From a virus: DNA of 64,000 nt. Position 1 is the first letter of the stretch; the number at the start of each line of letters is the position of its first letter. Under the pieces are notes generated by a model. That model saw only the letters and a program-made list of their open reading frames with translations. It made no database searches and was not told the origin of the DNA. The position numbers and the translations under genes are program-made. This document shows, piece by piece, positions 63,392-64,000 of the stretch. The stretch covers positions 6,827-70,826 of the IMG/VR virus record IMGVR_UViG_3300020122_000057. One strand, written 5' to 3'.

Positions 63392-63996
63392 GACCAGATA
63401 TGCTCCGTAACCGATAACTCTTCTTTAGGGGCCAACATCGAATCTAACGTCCATTGGGCATCTGCTTTGCTATAAAAACGCGCCGCTAAGAGCGAGTCTT
63501 TTGTCCATGTGCGGCCAGTGAACCATTCCGGCCCATTTCGTTCAATAAGCCAACCAGTCTGGCGCAGCGGCTCCTCAAACGTTGCCACGCGATGCCAGTA
63601 GAGACGGCTTGCTGGGGCCGTAACGCGAGCACGCAATTCGCAAATCACGCATATTTTGTTCTCCGGGTCGTAGTACACATCGTGGCGACGGCAAACTAGC
63701 TCTTCTCGCTTCGTAGCATCGTCTCCACGGTCTAAGCCGATCGTTCCTCCCACGGAAGGCCCCTCGCTGGAGGCAAGGGCGGCTATTCTGTACCCACTCA
63801 ATTTAACAGCAGCGTCCTTTTGGGCAGCATCGAGTTCCGTCCAGGCTGAGTAGGCTTCTGCGTCTTTCGACGGACTGTGCTCAAACAGAGTTTTGCCGTC
63901 CTTCACTCTGCCTAACGACTTCACCGCAACGCTTAGGCGCTCCAGTGACCTCGCCAAATTCAGCATAATCCGCTCTCGCATTCGTTCAGTCTCCAT
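63388..63996 (-). CDS. hypothetical protein
   Basis: 202 aa; TGWLIE...W....WT.D...A.RF pattern. Confidence 0.6.
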   Translation of the reverse strand: METERMRERIMLNLARSLERLSVAVKSLGRVKDGKTLFEHSPSKDAEAYSAWTELDAAQKDAAVKLSGYRIAALASSEGPSVGGTIGLDRGDDATKREELVCRRHDVYYDPENKICVICELRARVTAPASRLYWHRVATFEEPLRQTGWLIERNGPEWFTGRTWTKDSLLAARFYSKADAQWTLDSMLAPKEELSVTEHIWS

Positions 63997-64000
63997 TAGC

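Noticed and set aside
1-64000. Prophage, DGR or retron
   Set aside because: No integrase, reverse transcriptase or flanking host genes were recognised.

Overview
The window is a 64-kb stretch of a tailed dsDNA phage genome. It looks podovirus-like: no tape measure or sheath gene, and a P22-like head/ejection gene order. No integrase or host genes were recognised. An Acidobacteriota-like host is a tentative inference from protein style. Layout: minus-strand early genes (1-5.3 kb); a plus-strand terminase-portal-capsid-tail-lysis block (6.1-39.6 kb); and a minus-strand block of nucleotide metabolism, replication and RNA genes (39.5-64 kb). The most striking part is a 5.8-kb RNA operon (42574-48373) behind a consensus sigma70 promoter. 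It holds 33 CCA-ending tRNA genes, a minimal ~255-nt RNase P RNA, an unassigned ~280-nt structured RNA and several small kissing-loop or pseudoknot spacer RNAs. Two of the tRNAs each carry TWO anticodon stem-loops for the same amino acid (Arg UCU+CCU; Ile UAU+GAU). Others have 8/4 (allo-tRNA-like) or Pyl-like folds. A separate ~400-nt RNA with a circularly permuted, CCA-bearing tRNA domain follows a 253-aa helical protein (57455-58634). All calls come from reading and folding the sequence by hand; no searches were run.
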